Shown piece by piece: positions 60,325 to 64,000 of a stretch of DNA of 64,000 nucleotides (position 1 is its first letter; every line of letters begins with the position of its first letter). The position numbers and the translations under genes were made by a program. Source of the stretch: Alloprevotella sp. (GTDB lineage: Bacteria; Bacteroidota; Bacteroidia; Bacteroidales; Bacteroidaceae); contig JAZORE010000041.1 in assembly GCA_045656425.1 (NCBI GenBank), positions 4,579 through 68,578 of the forward strand, written 5' to 3'. The notes below the pieces were generated by a model, which saw only the letters and a program-made list of their open reading frames with translations, searched no databases and was not told where the DNA came from.

Positions 60325-60445
60325 AGGACAACAGACAACGGTCAACGGACAACGAACGAACCATCTGCAAGGAAGTTGTACTCTGCACTCTGTCAGTTGC
60401 ACTCCAAACTGGTCTACTCGTACCTCGTCAACTCATAAACTAAAC
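60325..60445. repeat. Heptamer arrays between rsmH and ftsL
   Basis: ggacaac agacaac ggtcaac ggacaac; gttgtactctgcactctg; tcgtcaac tcataaac. Confidence 0.7.
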
Positions 60446-60449
60446 CATT

Positions 60450-60899
60450 ATGAAAGACAAAATCATAACGCCTCCCCAGGAGGTGAATGAAGAAATAGAA
60501 CGTGCCCAACTCGAAGCTGAGGTTAAGGTTAAAAAGCAAGATAAGGAAAAGCTCTTTAACGAACTTACTGGTAGCGATGACGTTTCATTGGCTGCCATCC
60601 TTGCGGGCGACATTCTGGCGGGAAGTTGGTTCCGTCAGAATTTCCTTTATATACTCTTCGTGACAGCACTCACCATTATCTACGTCAGCAACCGCTACCT
60701 CTGCCAACAAGAGCAGATTGAGACCAAACAACTCAACGAGCAGTTGGTTGACATCCGCTATAAACTGCTCACCACTTCGAGCGAACTGCGTAAGAACTCC
60801 CGTGCCAGCATGATTGAACAGCACTTAACCGATTCTACATTGCGTGCTGGTACTACCCCCAACTTCAAAATTGTAAGAGATGGAATTTCCGAAAGATAA
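60450..60899 (+). CDS. ftsL: FtsL-like cell division protein
   Basis: Single TM followed by YVSNRY and a coiled coil; lies between rsmH and ftsI. Confidence 0.75.
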   Translation: MKDKIITPPQEVNEEIERAQLEAEVKVKKQDKEKLFNELTGSDDVSLAAILAGDILAGSWFRQNFLYILFVTALTIIYVSNRYLCQQEQIETKQLNEQLVDIRYKLLTTSSELRKNSRASMIEQHLTDSTLRAGTTPNFKIVRDGISER

Positions 60900-63105
60900 A
60901 ATAAAGGGGCGCTACACCTTCGTAAAGTGGGTGTTCGTAGCATTAGGGCTTGCCATTCTTGGTAAGGCGCTCTACACCATGACCGTCAAGAGTGCGTATT
61001 GGGAAGAAGTAGCTAAACAACGTGAAAGAGTGAACCTCGAGCTCAAGCCTATGCGTGGGAACCTGCTGGCAAGCAATGGCGAAGTGCTGGCTGCGTCTAT
61101 CCCCGAATACTTAATGTACATGGACTTCGGCACTTGGGAAAAAGATAGCGCACGTGCCGCTAAGGACCTCAAGAAGCGCGACTCGCTCTTCTTAAAAGAC
61201 CTTGACAGCATCTGTATCGGCATGGCGGATATTTTTCCCGACATGGACACTGCCAACATCCGCGCCCATTTGCTAAAAGGTCAGCAACGCCGCTCACACA
61301 GTTGGCCCCTCTACACCGCAGCTGTGCTAAAACCCGAAGCAGCCAAGAAGCGTCGCAATAAGAAGCGCAACCAGCGTGTCACCTACGTGCAATATAAGGA
61401 CATGAAAGCCCTACCTTTCCTCTGTAAGCCCACGGGCATCAGCGGTTTCTACGTTGATACGATTCCCGTACGCAAAAATCCTTACGGAGCCTTGGCACGC
61501 CGAACGGTAGGTCGCTTTGACAGCTGTGCACTTTACGGCCTTGAACTTTCTTGTGACTCCTTCCTGGCGGGTAAGTCGGGAAGTTACCACACGCAGAAGT
61601 TGATGAAACACTTAGTACGCGTGGTAGACGTTCCGGCTATTGATGGATATGACGTAATGACCACGATTGATGTGGACATTCAGGATATTTGCGAAAGAGT
61701 GTTGCGTGAACAGTTGGAATACCTCGTTGAAACCAGCAATGGGCAGACTCAAGAGGGGGTAGTTATCGTGTTGGAAACGGCTACGGGCGACATCAAAGCA
61801 ATGACAAGCCTTTCACGCAATCCCGACAACAGTTTCTCCGAAAATCAACCCCTCGCCGTCGGCAATATGTACGAGCCAGGGTCGGTATTCAAGCCCATGT
61901 CGTTCCTCGTAGCCATGGATGATGGCAAGATGAACCTCAAGAGTAGCGTGGATGTGGGGAATGGGGTGCGCACTATGTACCGCCGTTTCATGCGTGACCA
62001 CAACTGGCGCCGCGGAACGGGATATGGTCTCATCACCGCACCAGAAATCATTAAGTATTCCTCAAACATTGGTGTGAGTGTGATTATTGATGAAGCATAC
62101 AAGGATGATCCTGCCCGCTTTGTGGACGGTCTTTACCGTTTAGGCGTAGCTGAGGACTTGAAAATCCCGCTTGACCACTACCACAAGCCCTACATCCGTC
62201 GCCCGACCAAAGAAAATTGGTCGAAAACGGCACTTCCCTGGATGAGTATCGGTTATGAAACGCAGGTTCCGCCGATTTCCACGGTAAACTTCTACGCTGG
62301 CGTAGCAAATAATGGGAAAATGTTCCGCCCCCGCCTCATAAAGGCACTGCTACGTGACGGACAGATTGTAAAAGAGTTCCCCAACGAAGTACTACGCGAG
62401 CAAATGGCGCGCCCCGAAGCCATAAAGATGATTCAACACTGCCTTTACGAGGTGGTACACACGGGACTCGGTCGCCGTGCGGGTTCAAAGATGTTCGACG
62501 TATCGGGAAAAACGGGTACAGCTCAGATTTGGACAAAAGCAGGTAAGTCACAGGAATATCTTATCTCCTTTGCCGGCTATTTCCCCTCGCAGAAGCCACG
62601 TTATGCCTGCATTGTCTGCATCCGCAAGAGCGGAACGGCATCAGGGGGAGGCATGTGCGGTCCCGTATTCAGTAAAGTTGCCGAAAGCATTATGGCAAAG
62701 GCGCATCAATCCGACTTTTCAAGCGCCCGAGATACCGTTAATTCCTTCCACCCTGAGATTAAAGCGGGCGACATCGAGGCAAGCCGTCAAGTGCTCAAGC
62801 AATTCGGCATCTCCCATCAGGCACATTTCAATGAATTTGCGGGTGAAACCGTTTGGGGTAACGCAGATGTGGGAACTGGTATCGTATCGCTATCCCCCAA
62901 CGAAGCTCCTAAAGACTCTATCCCCGATGTATGCGGTTACGGACTGCGCGACGCACTCTTCCATTTGGAATCGTTAGGACTTAAAGTCAACGTAAAGGGT
63001 GCAGGAGTCGTTACTTATCAAAGCCGCAAGCCTGGAACCAGCGTTAAACCAGGTGACAGCATCACTATCATGCTTGCTTCAAGCCCTAAAACCACTAAAA
63101 AGTAA
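60880..63105 (+). CDS. ftsI: Class B penicillin-binding protein FtsI with a PASTA domain
   Basis: RGNLLA, EPGSVFK, SSNIG, KTGTAQ, IPDVCG. Confidence 0.9.
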   Translation: MEFPKDKIKGRYTFVKWVFVALGLAILGKALYTMTVKSAYWEEVAKQRERVNLELKPMRGNLLASNGEVLAASIPEYLMYMDFGTWEKDSARAAKDLKKRDSLFLKDLDSICIGMADIFPDMDTANIRAHLLKGQQRRSHSWPLYTAAVLKPEAAKKRRNKKRNQRVTYVQYKDMKALPFLCKPTGISGFYVDTIPVRKNPYGALARRTVGRFDSCALYGLELSCDSFLAGKSGSYHTQKLMKHLVRVVDVPAIDGYDVMTTIDVDIQDICERVLREQLEYLVETSNGQTQEGVVIVLETATGDIKAMTSLSRNPDNSFSENQPLAVGNMYEPGSVFKPMSFLVAMDDGKMNLKSSVDVGNGVRTMYRRFMRDHNWRRGTGYGLITAPEIIKYSSNIGVSVIIDEAYKDDPARFVDGLYRLGVAEDLKIPLDHYHKPYIRRPTKENWSKTALPWMSIGYETQVPPISTVNFYAGVANNGKMFRPRLIKALLRDGQIVKEFPNEVLREQMARPEAIKMIQHCLYEVVHTGLGRRAGSKMFDVSGKTGTAQIWTKAGKSQEYLISFAGYFPSQKPRYACIVCIRKSGTASGGGMCGPVFSKVAESIMAKAHQSDFSSARDTVNSFHPEIKAGDIEASRQVLKQFGISHQAHFNEFAGETVWGNADVGTGIVSLSPNEAPKDSIPDVCGYGLRDALFHLESLGLKVNVKGAGVVTYQSRKPGTSVKPGDSITIMLASSPKTTKK

Positions 63106-63111
63106 ACTTCC

Positions 63112-64000
63112 ATGTTGTTAAAGGACATTCTTTCCAAGGTTGTCGTTGTAGAATCCCACGGAGACCTCAACATCCCCATCTCAGGGGTAAATATAGACAG
63201 CCGCCGTATTGAAAACAACCACCTTTTCATTGCCGTTAAGGGCACACAAGTCGACGGCCACACCTTTATTGACAAAGCTATTGCACAAGGGGCGACTGCG
63301 ATCCTTGTGTGCGACCCTATTCCGGCATCTGTCCCTAACGGCGTGACTTTCGTGCGCGTTGCCGACACTGAAGATGCCGTTGGAAAGGTTGCCACACAGT
63401 TTTATGGCGACCCCACTTCAAAGCTCAAGCTTGTGGGCGTAACTGGCACGAATGGTAAGACCACCATCGCGACGGTGCTTTACGAAATGTTCCGCAAGTT
63501 TGGACAGAAGTGCGGCCTTTGCTCTACGGTGTGCAACTACATCGACGGCACACCCTACCCCACGGAATGCACCACCCCCGATGCCATCACGCTCAACCAA
63601 CTTTTGGCAGAAATGGTGGCACAAGGTTGCACGTATGCCTTCATGGAATGCTCTTCGCACGCTATACAGCAGAAACGTATCGGTGGTCTTACCTTTGCAG
63701 GCGCTTTGTTCACCAATCTTACGCGTGACCACTTAGATTACCACAAGACATTTGACGCTTACCGCGATGCCAAAAAGGCATTCTTTGACAATCTCCCCAA
63801 ACAGGCGTTTGCCATCACAAATGCAGACGATAAGAACGGCGCGGTAATGCTTCAAAACTGTAAGGCAACCCTTCGCAGTTACTCTACACGCACCGCTGCC
63901 GATTTCAAGGGGCGTATTCTTGAAGAAAGTATCGAAGGCATGTTGCTCGACTTCAACGGACAGGAAGTTAGCGTGCGCTTTGTGGGTCATTTCAACGTGA
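63112..64000 (+). CDS. murE: UDP-MurNAc-tripeptide ligase MurE (partial)
   Basis: Manual translation from ATG at 63112: [36 protein letters not shown]. Confidence 0.93.
   Translation, partial: MLLKDILSKVVVVESHGDLNIPISGVNIDSRRIENNHLFIAVKGTQVDGHTFIDKAIAQGATAILVCDPIPASVPNGVTFVRVADTEDAVGKVATQFYGDPTSKLKLVGVTGTNGKTTIATVLYEMFRKFGQKCGLCSTVCNYIDGTPYPTECTTPDAITLNQLLAEMVAQGCTYAFMECSSHAIQQKRIGGLTFAGALFTNLTRDHLDYHKTFDAYRDAKKAFFDNLPKQAFAITNADDKNGAVMLQNCKATLRSYSTRTAADFKGRILEESIEGMLLDFNGQEVSVRFVGHFNV

Noticed and set aside
1-64000. tRNA/rRNA genes, IS elements, integrases, prophage
   Set aside because: None were recognisable by eye. A tRNAscan/Rfam run would be needed to exclude small RNAs.

Overview
A 64-kb Bacteroidales (Prevotellaceae-like) chromosomal segment; taxonomy is inferred from gene order, TAnnTTTG promoter boxes and protein features. 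Left part: recJ (partial), a three-gene operon (LicC-like nucleotidyltransferase fused to a PLP enzyme, an opine dehydrogenase, LicD), alkaline phosphatase, hflX and manC. Next is an AT-rich accessory module (TPR/LuxR-type membrane regulator, DUF3244-like protein, catalytically dead C39 domain, lipoprotein, small beta-barrel), followed by nhaC and rpsL-rpsG-fusA-rpsJ with no rplC behind it. The centre (~21.4-53.2 kb, minus strand) is a Wzx/Wzy surface-polysaccharide locus with UDP-L-FucNAc genes, two ugd paralogues, a CDP-polyol/LicD module, poly-G tracts (one gene frameshifted OFF, the polymerase ON) and several non-glycan inserts. Right part: FadL-like OMP pair, cytidylate-kinase-like gene, MATE pump and the start of the dcw cluster without mraZ. 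The most unusual signals are: (1) 7-/9-mer tandem arrays that occur as inverted pairs around one gene, around no gene, or around the whole 24-29 kb variable glycan region, and that have invaded one ugd gene in frame; (2) a candidate pathway for an opine-type phosphoethanolamine glycan decoration; (3) an identical 17-bp motif at identical spacing in two promoters next to a TPR-HTH regulator; (4) poly-G phase variation. All coordinates and matches were read by eye, and no database searches were run.
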